DNA of 64,000 nt from a virus (taxonomy: Duplodnaviria; Heunggongvirae; Uroviricota; Caudoviricetes), in the IMG/VR virus record IMGVR_UViG_3300012909_000001, positions 33,689 to 97,688 of that record. One strand, 5' to 3'. The stretch's first letter is position 1; every line of letters starts with the position of its first letter. This document shows, piece by piece, positions 28,996-35,911 of the stretch. A model generated the notes under the pieces. The model had not been told where the DNA came from and ran no database searches. It worked only from the letters and a program-made list of their open reading frames with translations. A program made the position numbers and the translations under genes.

Positions 28996-30693
28996 ATGGG
29001 TAAATCAAATTCCAAACTCGCTGCTGCTATAGGAGCTAAAACTCCTAATCCAAAAGTAGTAGAAGCAAAAGCTATCCCGAAACCTGATACAAAGAATTTA
29101 TCAGGTAGTGAAGCTTACAAGCAAGACAAGTGGTTGAAACTACTTACTATGCTTAATGTACTGAAATTACAGCCTCAGTATTACAGGACAGAAAAACAGA
29201 CTTTAATAGATTTGCAAAATCTTATTAAAGAGTGTGCTGCTGAAGACCTGTACTTAACTTGTCAATGTATTGTGTATTCAAGATGTCTTGGAGAAGGTAT
29301 GAGAACTATTTCTCATGCAGCTTCAGTATTTATTGCACCTTATGTATCAGGACAGGATTATTCTAAAAGATTTTATGGTCTTTGGAATAAGAAAGAGAAA
29401 AGAGGTGGTGTAATCTTCAGACCTGATGATATGAGTGAAATCATAGCTGGGTTTGTAGCTCTCAATGGAGAGTACAGTACAACAACTGTAACAACAAGCT
29501 CTGCTAAGGGAACTTCAGTAGATATATCTACTGAAGTTACAGGTCCGAAATTAACTAATGCTATGAAGAAAGGTTTCAAAGAAGCTCTTGAGAATTTAGA
29601 TTCTTATTCTCTTTTGAAATACAAATCTACATTGGTTGATGTTATTAACTTAGTACATCCAAGAAGTAGTATCTCACAACAGATTGTTAAAGTCAATGGT
29701 GAAGATGTCTACACACTTGATGCAATCATGAGAGGACTTAATGTGTCAGCTGATACCTGGGAAGTAAACCAGGGAGAAGCAGGACAGATTGTGGCTAAAG
29801 CTGTTAAAGAAGGGAAACTGGATGAAACAGAAGCTAAAGAGGTCTTAACTCAGGCTAAGGCAGATAACTGGGAAGAATTGCTTGACAGCAACAGACTTGG
29901 TATCCTTGCAGGAATCAGAAATCTGAGAAATGTACTTCTGAATAAACCTAAGTCAACCACTATCAGCAAACTTTGTAATCTGGTATCTGATGGCAAACTT
30001 ATCAGAGAAGGTAAAATCATGCCATATCAATTAGATTTAGCTAATGAGATTATGATGTCTGAATTCAGTAACCCTGATTCCAGAGCTATATCTCAGGCAC
30101 TTGCTAAAGGATATGAAGAGGCTGTACCTAATCTGAAACTTATGCTTCCGGGTAGAAATATTATCATGCTTGACATGTCAATGTCTATGAGTTCTTATGA
30201 TATCAGACTTGCTAATGGTAAAACAGGACAAAGTTCAGCAGAGAAAGCATCATTACTTGCAGCTACAATAGCTAAGGCTACCAATGCTGATGTAATTGTG
30301 TTTGGTACTTCTGCTAATTATGTACAGTACAATCCTAATGCTGATGTATTTACAATTGCAAAACAATTGTGTAATGCACACATGGGAGGAACTAATCTGT
30401 CACTGGCATGGAGTTTAGCACAAAGGTCAGGTAATCAGTATGACAGAGTGTTTATTCTGTCTGATAACGAATGTAATAAGGCAAGCACTTATAGTTCTTA
30501 CATGTCATATGTAAAAGCTGTAGGTAGTCCTTATGTGTACTCAGTGGATTTAGCAGGTTACGGTACTAACTGTATTGCTGGAGATAAAGTGAGATATTAT
30601 TTTGGTTATGGATTTCAAATGTTTGATGATATTGCTTCATCAGAGTTTAATCCTAACTATCACCTTGAAAAAGTTAAACAAGTAATTATATAA
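28996..30693 (+). CDS. rsr: Ro60/TROVE-domain protein with a C-terminal vWA domain (Rsr-like)
   Basis: 565 aa. The vWA MIDAS motif is present as DMSMS (DxSxS) with a downstream GGT at the position of the MIDAS threonine. From memory of Ro60 sequences, segments QYYRTEKQ, LTCQC, GGTNLSLAWSLA and VFILSDNE align with Ro60 TYYIKEQK, ICSQC, GGTDCSLPMIWA and VFIVFTDNE. The size matches Ro60. Confidence 0.6.
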   Translation: MGKSNSKLAAAIGAKTPNPKVVEAKAIPKPDTKNLSGSEAYKQDKWLKLLTMLNVLKLQPQYYRTEKQTLIDLQNLIKECAAEDLYLTCQCIVYSRCLGEGMRTISHAASVFIAPYVSGQDYSKRFYGLWNKKEKRGGVIFRPDDMSEIIAGFVALNGEYSTTTVTTSSAKGTSVDISTEVTGPKLTNAMKKGFKEALENLDSYSLLKYKSTLVDVINLVHPRSSISQQIVKVNGEDVYTLDAIMRGLNVSADTWEVNQGEAGQIVAKAVKEGKLDETEAKEVLTQAKADNWEELLDSNRLGILAGIRNLRNVLLNKPKSTTISKLCNLVSDGKLIREGKIMPYQLDLANEIMMSEFSNPDSRAISQALAKGYEEAVPNLKLMLPGRNIIMLDMSMSMSSYDIRLANGKTGQSSAEKASLLAATIAKATNADVIVFGTSANYVQYNPNADVFTIAKQLCNAHMGGTNLSLAWSLAQRSGNQYDRVFILSDNECNKASTYSSYMSYVKAVGSPYVYSVDLAGYGTNCIAGDKVRYYFGYGFQMFDDIASSEFNPNYHLEKVKQVII

Positions 30694-30695
30694 CC

Positions 30696-30926
30696 ATGAA
30701 TCCATTCAGTACTAATATAGCATCATTACAACAAGAAAGTGATGATGCTATTGGTATCTTCAAGAAAACACTTAATAAGTTAACTGGAGTGAATACCAAA
30801 ATTCTTGCAGAGCAAGAGAAAAGAACCTCAAAGATTGAAGTATTAATCAATGAGAATGCAGCACTTGAGAAAGTTGCGCAAAGCAATAACAAGTATATTG
30901 CAAAAATCAACGAATTTTTAACCTAA
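30696..30926 (+). CDS. Hypothetical small coiled-coil protein
   Basis: 76 aa ORF. Confidence 0.35.
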   Translation: MNPFSTNIASLQQESDDAIGIFKKTLNKLTGVNTKILAEQEKRTSKIEVLINENAALEKVAQSNNKYIAKINEFLT

Positions 30927-30938
30927 AAACCCGAAGAT

Positions 30939-31301
30939 ATGTATTTAACACATAACGGAGAAGAGTTGGCATTCAAGTGGCATCATGACACTGAGAATAA
31001 TACAACTCATTGCGTAGTCACCAAGACAAGTGATAATTCAGAGGTAGCACATACTATGAGTAAAGTGCATCCAAATGACAATTATGACAGAGCTGAAGGA
31101 AGAAGAAGAACTCTTGGAAGAGTAATTCAGTCTCTTTATCCTACTTCAAAAGTAGATGAGGAGATTACACCAGAAGAGAAAGTTGCTGCTAAAGCAGGAA
31201 GACTTGAAATCTGGAGTCAATATGCTAACTGGAAGTCTGAAGAACCAAGAATGACTCTTGGAACTAAGAAAGAAAGAAAAGCAAAACTTAAAGTAGCATA
31301 A
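30939..31301 (+). CDS. Hypothetical protein
   Basis: 120 aa ORF. Confidence 0.4.
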   Translation: MYLTHNGEELAFKWHHDTENNTTHCVVTKTSDNSEVAHTMSKVHPNDNYDRAEGRRRTLGRVIQSLYPTSKVDEEITPEEKVAAKAGRLEIWSQYANWKSEEPRMTLGTKKERKAKLKVA

Positions 31302-31397
31302 CATGCCATTAAAAGTTGCAGAACTCGTAGCAATAGTTGCTGTTGTTGTATGGGTCTTCTGGATTACATACAAAGCAATTAAATCAGCATCTAAATA

Positions 31398-31616
31398 ATG
31401 GGAGCAATCTTATATTGGTTAGGTGCATTTATAGTGTTTATCATTCTTTGTAAACTATGGGCTAAAGAAATTCAGCGCAAAAGAGACAGACATTATGATT
31501 TGGTAGAGATATGGCAGTTTTGGCTGCTTATTATTACACCATTGACCTGGACATTTATGGTCCCAATCCTGCTTGTGATTAAAGCACTGAGTCTAATTTT
31601 CAATAAATTTAAATAA
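31398..31616 (+). CDS. Small membrane protein
   Basis: 72 aa with two hydrophobic helices. Confidence 0.35.
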   Translation: MGAILYWLGAFIVFIILCKLWAKEIQRKRDRHYDLVEIWQFWLLIITPLTWTFMVPILLVIKALSLIFNKFK

Positions 31617-31625
31617 ATAATCAAA

Positions 31626-32387
31626 ATGAAAAAATCTTTATTATTGTTTGCACTTAGTGCATTCGCATTGGTTTCCTGTGAGTCTGTCGGACCTAAGGAA
31701 AGAGGAGTTGAAGTGTCCTATGGAGGACAAACTAATATGGCACAGGTGTATTCACCTGGTATGGCAAATGGTTTTCACTGGATGTTTGATGATATGGTCA
31801 AGTATGACGTATCACAAGCAACTGTAGTGGAAAAATACGAGTTTAATGATGCCAAGAATATGTTAACAGGAGTGGAAATTTCTGTGGACTATTCTTTGGA
31901 CCCGGCTAAAGTGAATTTGCTACATGCAAATATCAATAACTATCATATAAAACTCGAAAAAACCATCAAAGCTGCCGCGAAGGAAGTTATTCCTCAATAT
32001 GCCGCATCTGACTTAAACCTTACTAAAAGGGGAGAAGCAGAGGCCAAAATTGCAGCCATTTTAGCCAAAGAGCTACCGGATTTCTATCTGTTATTTGATA
32101 GGGTCCAGCTTACTGATGTGGATATCCCACTGGCTATATCACAAGCAGCAGAGTTAACAGCAAAACAAGCAGAGCTGAACAAGTTGGCAGATTCTAAGAA
32201 AACAGAAGCTGAGAACAACTTCCATGCCGCTGAATGGGATGCCAAGACTAAAAATGTATTGTCACAACCTGCCATGTTAAAGCTTAAAGAGCTTGAAATT
32301 GACATGGAATATGCCAGAAGAGGTGTATCTAAGTATGGTCAGAACAATGTATTTGGTGCTAATACCGGGATTTTACTGAATAAGTAA
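31626..32387 (+). CDS. Lipoprotein with an SPFH/band-7-like domain
   Basis: The lipoprotein signal MKKSLLLFALSAFALVSC has a lipobox. The motif KRGEAEAKIAAIL and a following coiled coil are typical of SPFH (HflK/C, stomatin) domains. Confidence 0.45.
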   Translation: MKKSLLLFALSAFALVSCESVGPKERGVEVSYGGQTNMAQVYSPGMANGFHWMFDDMVKYDVSQATVVEKYEFNDAKNMLTGVEISVDYSLDPAKVNLLHANINNYHIKLEKTIKAAAKEVIPQYAASDLNLTKRGEAEAKIAAILAKELPDFYLLFDRVQLTDVDIPLAISQAAELTAKQAELNKLADSKKTEAENNFHAAEWDAKTKNVLSQPAMLKLKELEIDMEYARRGVSKYGQNNVFGANTGILLNK

Positions 32388-32406
32388 GATTAAATAAAAA
32401 ACTTTA

Positions 32407-32448
32407 AAATATTTAACCTATCTCTTGGTAGGTTAAATATTTTTCTTT
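32407..32448 (+). terminator. Strong rho-independent terminator: 14 bp perfect stem AAATATTTAACCTA / TAGGTTAAATATTT with a T-run
   Basis: Seen directly, 20 nt after the stop of 31626..32387. A TACATTTG -7-like box follows at about 32446. Confidence 0.6.
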
Positions 32449-32972
32449 ACATTTGCAAAGTATTACAAAATATAAGGGCCTGACAGGCTTTGATTGCATA
32501 TATTAGATAATAATAATTCAGCCAGAGAGATAACTGTAAACTAAGGTGAATTTTATAAATGGAAACATAGATAACAACCCACAAGTAAAAGCTAATATGA
32601 CTATAGTACATAACATCTTAAATGGTGATATGGCAGTAGGTCAATCAAATGACTTAATTCTTTACGGAAAAGATGATTTATTAGTAGCTGCCTAAGCTTA
32701 AATAGGAAGGTTTTCATAACCATGAAGTTTGTAAAGACTTTAGAATCTCAAGATTTCTTACTTAGATTAAAGTAAGTGGTGGAGTTGCCAAATTGAATTG
32801 GCTCCAATTTCTAACGTAAAGAATTCAAACAAACGTGAAGCTGTATAAAATTATATTGTTGAGGTAGGTAAGACCTGACTTCGATGTCAGCAGGTCCACA
32901 AACTCTTTTATTGGTGTTTTAGAGTGGTTAGAAGTTTTTGGCAATTTTTCTTTGATAAAATTGCTACCATAG

Positions 32973-33042
32973 CTGCTGTAGTGTAATTGGCAACATAATA
33001 CCCTGTCACGGTATAGTTTGGAGTTCGAATCTCCCAGTAGCT
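32973..33042 (+). tRNA. tRNA-Asp (anticodon GTC)
   Basis: Acceptor GCTGCTG/CAGTAGC with one G-U pair; anticodon arm ATACC-CTGTCAC-GGTAT; T-arm GGAG-TTCGAAT-CTCC. The D-arm is atypical. Confidence 0.55.
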
Positions 33043-33071
33043 GCAAACATAAAGGGTAGTAATAATTAGGT

Positions 33072-33144
33072 TACTTCTTAGCTCACTTGGTAGAGCAAAA
33101 ATTTTAGGTATTTTAGGTAGTGGGTTCAACTCCCACAGAGGCAC
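33072..33144 (+). tRNA. tRNA with anticodon TAG, which would read the Leu codon CUA; the body is class-I-like with a short variable loop, so the identity is uncertain
   Basis: Canonical D-arm TAGCTCACTTGGTAGAGC; anticodon arm AAAAT-TTTAGGT-ATTTT; T-arm GTGGG-TTCAACT-CCCAC. The acceptor stem has one A-C mismatch. Confidence 0.45.
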
Positions 33145-33186
33145 TTAGGTGTTAACACCTAATTAACTTTCTCCCTTTATTTTTAT

Positions 33187-33259
33187 GCCTGATTAACTCA
33201 GTTGGTAGAGTAATTCCCTTGTAAGGATTAAGTCATAGGTTCGAACCCTATATTAGGCT
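33187..33259 (+). tRNA. tRNA-Thr (anticodon TGT)
   Basis: Full cloverleaf traced base by base: acceptor GCCTGAT/ATTAGGC, D-arm ACTC-AGTTGGTA-GAGT, anticodon arm ATTCC-CTTGTAA-GGATT, T-arm ATAGG-TTCGAAC-CCTAT. Confidence 0.85.
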
Positions 33260-33322
33260 CAGCATAAGTTTCATTGACATATTGGTTTAAATCAGAGTTA
33301 AAGTTCTCATAAAAACTTAAAT

Positions 33323-33395
33323 AGTACTGTAGCTTAATGGATAAAGCCTCAGATTTCTAATCTGATTATTGTAGGTTCAAGTCCTATCAGTACTA
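33323..33395 (+). tRNA. tRNA-Arg (anticodon TCT)
   Basis: Acceptor AGTACTG/CAGTACT perfect; D-arm GCTT...AAGC; anticodon arm TCAGA-TTTCTAA-TCTGA; T-arm GTAGG-TTCAAGT-CCTAT. Confidence 0.85.
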
Positions 33396-33401
33396 CAATT
33401 T

Positions 33402-33474
33402 GGACAGATAGCACAATGGTTAATGCTGTGAGCTGTTAACTCATAAGGTCTAGGTTCGAGTCCTAGTCTGTCCG
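33402..33474 (+). tRNA. tRNA-Asn (anticodon GTT)
   Basis: Acceptor GGACAGA/TCTGTCC; anticodon arm GTGAG-CTGTTAA-CTCAT; T-arm CTAGG-TTCGAGT-CCTAG. Confidence 0.75.
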
Positions 33475-33485
33475 CAAATAGCAAT

Positions 33486-33507
33486 AGTAACGTAAGAGTT
33501 ACTTCGG
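33486..33507 (+). repeat. Inter-tRNA hairpin family, copy 1: AGTAAC-GTAAGA-GTTACT followed by TCGG
   Basis: Shares the motif AGTAA...TTACTTCG(G/T) with the copies at 33933, 34027 and 34515. It lies 12 nt after a tRNA 3' end. Confidence 0.5.
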
Positions 33508-33563
33508 AACAAATTTTTAGCTTGTAATTCAACAAATACTCTTACAATTTTCTTTGCTTTTTT

Positions 33564-33638
33564 GGTTTATTAGCACAGTCTGGTCAGTGCAACTCCCTCA
33601 TAAGGAGAAGGTCAGTGGTTCAAATCCATTATAAACCA
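33564..33638 (+). tRNA. tRNA-Met (anticodon CAT), first copy
   Basis: Acceptor GGTTTAT/ATAAACC; D-arm GCAC-AGTCTGGTCA-GTGC; anticodon loop CTCATAA; T-arm AGTGG-TTCAAAT-CCATT. Confidence 0.75.
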
Positions 33639-33711
33639 CAAATAGTATAACACTATCAACATTAAAACATATTATAGCTGAATGTCTGTAACGTTTTATA
33701 CTATTTCTTTT

Positions 33712-33784
33712 GCTTCCTTAACTCAGTGAGAAGAGTGTCTCCCTTACATGGAGAAAGTCCCAAGTTCGAATCTTGGAGGAAGTA
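33712..33784 (+). tRNA. tRNA-Val (anticodon TAC)
   Basis: Acceptor GCTTCCT/AGGAAGT; D-arm ACTC-AGTGAGAA-GAGT; anticodon arm TCTCC-CTTACAT-GGAGA; T-arm CCAAG-TTCGAAT-CTTGG. Confidence 0.85.
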
Positions 33785-33789
33785 CTAAT

Positions 33790-33860
33790 GCAGATTTCAT
33801 CTAATGGTAGGATAGTGCTCTCCAAAAGCATTCATGGAAGTTCGAACCTTTCAATCTGCG
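33790..33860 (+). tRNA. tRNA-Trp (anticodon CCA)
   Basis: Acceptor GCAGATT/AATCTGC perfect; anticodon arm GTGCT-CTCCAAA-AGCAT; T-arm GGAAG-TTCGAAC-CTTTC. Confidence 0.7.
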
Positions 33861-33892
33861 CAAAATGTTATAGTTCATTAAAAACTAAATAC

Positions 33893-34016
33893 GGGGAAGT
33901 TTAAAAAAACTTGACTTATATGCTTATTCTCCAGTAATGGTAGTTACAGTATAAGTTACTTCGGAAAACATTTTTATCATAAGAAAATCATGTTGGTTCA
34001 AATCCAACCTTCCCCA
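33893..34016 (+). ncRNA. tRNA-like RNA, 124 nt: 7 bp acceptor-type terminal stem GGGGAAG/CTTCCCC plus a canonical T-arm GTTGG-TTCAAAT-CCAAC, but with a roughly 50 nt non-canonical core. It could be an intron-containing tRNA or a Y-RNA/YrlA-like tRNA mimic
   Basis: Terminal stem, discriminator A and T-arm are seen directly. No canonical D-arm or anticodon arm was found. Hairpin copy 2 (33933-33964) lies inside it. Confidence 0.4.
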
Positions 34017-34026
34017 CAAAGACAGT

Positions 34027-34048
34027 AGTAAAGTATAACTTACTTCGT
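34027..34048 (+). repeat. Inter-tRNA hairpin family, copy 3: AGTAA-AGTATAAC-TTACT followed by TCGT, then an orphan T-arm-like hairpin ATTGG-TTCGAAT-CCAAT at 34055-34071
   Basis: Seen directly. Confidence 0.5.
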
Positions 34049-34208
34049 AATTTATTGGTTCGAATCCAATCACAGCCTTTGGCTATGTAGACAAACTGGT
34101 TAAGTCACTTTTCTTTAAAAAAAGCACAAACACTTTTCAGTTATACTAATTTCTCTGTCATTTTTATCAAGGTTTAAGAGGGCTGTACCTATAAACAGCC
34201 CATTATAA

Positions 34209-34282
34209 GGACCAGTAACTCAGTCTGGTAGAGTGTTCCCCTGAAGAGGGAATGGTCATAGGTTCAAATCCTATTTGGTCCA
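34209..34282 (+). tRNA. tRNA-Phe (anticodon GAA)
   Basis: Acceptor GGACCAG/TTGGTCC; D-arm ACTC-AGTCTGGTA-GAGT; anticodon arm TTCCC-CTGAAGA-GGGAA; T-arm ATAGG-TTCAAAT-CCTAT. Confidence 0.85.
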
Positions 34283-34342
34283 CTATTGTAGATTGTTACT
34301 AATTCATAGGACTGGAAAGTCACGTAAGCATAGAATTAGAAT

Positions 34343-34424
34343 GGAATATGAAAGTCATCTTGGATATGGCAGGCAGACTGTAAATCTGCTACGAAAGTGA
34401 GTGGTTCGAGTCCATCATATTCCA
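34343..34424 (+). tRNA. tRNA-Tyr (anticodon GTA), type II with a long variable arm
   Basis: Acceptor GGAATAT/ATATTCC perfect; anticodon arm GCAGA-CTGTAAA-TCTGC; roughly 11 nt variable arm; 82 nt in total. Confidence 0.7.
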
Positions 34425-34430
34425 CACATC

Positions 34431-34504
34431 TGTGGGTTGGTAGTAAATGGTTAACTCGCTGGGCTCATATCCCAGAGCTGAGGGTTCAAGTCCCTTGCCC
34501 GCAA
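34431..34504 (+). tRNA. tRNA with anticodon CAT, second copy; could be initiator Met, elongator Met or Ile2 (lysidine)
   Basis: Acceptor TGTGGGT/GCCCGCA with two G-U pairs; anticodon arm CTGGG-CTCATAT-CCCAG; T-arm GAGGG-TTCAAGT-CCCTT. Confidence 0.65.
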
Positions 34505-34514
34505 CTAAAAGAGT

Positions 34515-34536
34515 AGTAAGAGTTAAGTTACTTCGT
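34515..34536 (+). repeat. Inter-tRNA hairpin family, copy 4: AGTAA-GAGTTAAG-TTACT followed by TCGT
   Basis: Seen directly, 11 nt after the preceding tRNA. Confidence 0.5.
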
Positions 34537-34586
34537 TTACCATAAAATTAACTAAAAAATACTTAATTCATTTTCTCTCTTTAAAT

Positions 34587-34659
34587 CTGGTATTATATCA
34601 ATTGGTAGATTACGTGCTTTGGGAGCACGAGGCTGTAGGTTCAAGTCCTGCATACCAGA
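34587..34659 (+). tRNA. tRNA-Pro (anticodon TGG)
   Basis: Acceptor CTGGTAT/ATACCAG perfect; anticodon arm CGTGC-TTTGGGA-GCACG; T-arm GTAGG-TTCAAGT-CCTGC. Confidence 0.8.
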
Positions 34660-34790
34660 CAACACAGTTGGTCACACACTACAGTTCGTGATAGGGTTCC
34701 ATATCCTTATATACTGGTAAATTTTGTATTATTTTTGAATAAAGAAATTTTACAGGCTAACAAGTAGTATACTGCTTTTAGTAACAGATT

Positions 34791-34841
34791 GAGATTATTC
34801 TATTATCTTGTGTTAAGACTTAGATAAATCTCAATTTTTTT
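34791..34841 (+). terminator. Extended hairpin (GAGATT..TTATCT loop AGATAA..AATCTC) followed by A2T7; a terminator-like structure inside the tRNA array
   Basis: Seen directly. Confidence 0.45.
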
Positions 34842-34843
34842 AT

Positions 34844-34919
34844 TCCCTCGTTGCTTAGTCTGGCTCAAAGCACCACACTTTTAATGTGGGTATCAATGGT
34901 TCGAATCCATTCGAGGGAA
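34844..34919 (+). tRNA. tRNA-Lys (anticodon TTT)
   Basis: Acceptor TCCCTCG/CGAGGGA perfect; D-arm GCTT-AGTCTGGCTCA-AAGC; anticodon arm CCACA-CTTTTAA-TGTGG; T-arm AATGG-TTCGAAT-CCATT. Confidence 0.9.
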
Positions 34920-34984
34920 CAAGTGATGTAATTTTGTATGTTTTATTACATTGTGACCATTAGGTACACTTACAAACATATAAT

Positions 34985-35067
34985 GCAAGAGTGGCTTAAC
35001 AACGAATTGGTATAGTGGTAATACTTAGGATATTACAGCTTTGGGAGTTCGAGTCTCCCCTCTTGTA
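34985..35067 (+). tRNA. Atypical tRNA, 83 nt, with anticodon TAG and an unusually long region between the acceptor and the anticodon arm; identity uncertain
   Basis: Acceptor GCAAGAG/CTCTTGT; anticodon arm TAATA-CTTAGGA-TATTA perfect; T-arm GGGAG-TTCGAGT-CTCCC perfect. A 27 nt D-region could not be folded canonically. Confidence 0.4.
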
Positions 35068-35072
35068 CAAAT

Positions 35073-35146
35073 GGCTCGGTGGTGCAACTGGTAGACACAT
35101 AGAGCTTAAGCCTCTAAAAGTATGGGTTCGACTCCCTTTCGAGCTA
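35073..35146 (+). tRNA. tRNA with anticodon TAA (Leu, UUA) and a class-I-like short variable loop
   Basis: Acceptor GGCTCGG/TCGAGCT with terminal G-U pairs; anticodon arm TAGAG-CTTAAGC-CTCTA perfect; T-arm ATGGG-TTCGACT-CCCTT; discriminator A. Confidence 0.55.
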
Positions 35147-35161
35147 CTAAAATTATTTATT

Positions 35162-35227
35162 ATGGCTATATTTATTGGAATTGTTTTAGTAATCTGTATT
35201 GTTTGCATACTCTCAGGTGCAGAGTAA
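35162..35227 (+). CDS. Tiny hydrophobic peptide ORF, MAIFIGIVLVICIVCILSGAE, between tRNAs
   Basis: It is preceded by an AAATTATTTATTATG leader similar to those at 35321 and 35640. Confidence 0.3.
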   Translation: MAIFIGIVLVICIVCILSGAE

Positions 35228-35232
35228 ATTAT

Positions 35233-35318
35233 GGAAGGTATCCGGCAGGATGAGGAGCCTGTCTTGAAAACAGGTAGTGGCTAATTACCATTGATGAGTT
35301 CGAGTCTCTCACCTTCTT
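35233..35318 (+). tRNA. tRNA-Ser (anticodon TGA), type II
   Basis: Acceptor GGAAGGT/ACCTTCT; anticodon arm CCTGT-CTTGAAA-ACAGG perfect; roughly 20 nt variable arm. The T-stem is imperfect. Confidence 0.65.
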
Positions 35319-35332
35319 CTAAATTATTATTA

Positions 35333-35416
35333 TGATAAGATTATTAGTATTCTTTGTAGTTTTTACTGTTATTCTTATACTTGGTCACAAGTATTTGAAA
35401 TGGGATGGTGAATAAA
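35333..35416 (+). CDS. Tiny hydrophobic peptide ORF, MIRLLVFFVVFTVILILGHKYLKWDGE
   Basis: Preceded by AAATTATTATTATG. Confidence 0.3.
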
Positions 35417-35546
35417 AATTAGTCCTGTACCCTTGAATCCTATTAATTGCTAAGTGATGAACTTAGGATTATAACATGGAGTAGACCCGGATAAGTTCAG
35501 CAGGATAGGTATTGTTATAAAAGGGTTTAAAGACTTTACCATTTAC

Positions 35547-35631
35547 AGAAAGGTGCCAGAATGGTATTGGAGCAGATTGCTAATCTGTCGGAGCCTCAAA
35601 ACTTCTCAGGGTTCGAGTCCCTGTCTTTCTA
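35547..35631 (+). tRNA. tRNA-Ser (anticodon GCT), type II
   Basis: Acceptor AGAAAGG/TCTTTCT; D-arm CCA-GAATGGTAT-TGG; anticodon arm GCAGA-TTGCTAA-TCTGT; 18 nt variable arm; T-arm CAGGG-TTCGAGT-CCCTG. Confidence 0.7.
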
Positions 35632-35651
35632 CTTAGTTTTAAATTATTATT

Positions 35652-35828
35652 ATGAGCAGAACTATCAGAAAAGATGTTAATGACAAGCCTTACACAGAAG
35701 GTAGAACATCTAAAATAAGATATAGATGTCATTGTATTTATTGTGCAGGTCATGACAAGAATCAACTTGTTGAAAAAATAAGAAAAAAAGAATTAAATAA
35801 ACAATTAAAAGAATTGTCATGTGGATAG
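35652..35828 (+). CDS. Small Cys-containing protein ORF (58 aa), MSRTIRKDVNDKPYTEGRTSKIRYRCHCIYCAGHDKNQ..., between tRNAs
   Basis: Preceded by AAATTATTATTATG; it has a CHCIYC motif. A 28 aa hydrophobic ORF follows at 35819..35905. Confidence 0.3.
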   Translation: MSRTIRKDVNDKPYTEGRTSKIRYRCHCIYCAGHDKNQLVEKIRKKELNKQLKELSCG

Positions 35829-35911
35829 TATTTGTAATATTGCTAATTGGAGCAATTCTCTTCTGGGAACCAGGAGATGATAATGATTATCCACATTTTG
35901 GATAGTTAAAT

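Noticed and set aside
32825-33144. Minus-strand ORFs 32825..33046 and 32908..33144 from the six-frame track
   Set aside because: They run antisense across tRNA-Asp and the TAG-anticodon tRNA. Their sequence is low-complexity and they have no start context, so they are artefacts of the ORF caller.
33072-35146. Possibility that the TAG- and TAA-anticodon tRNAs are stop-codon suppressors indicating a recoded genome
   Set aside because: Amber and ochre suppressors need anticodons CTA and TTA. The anticodons here, TAG and TAA, read the sense codons CUA and UUA. In addition, all long ORFs, up to 869 aa, are uninterrupted in the standard code.
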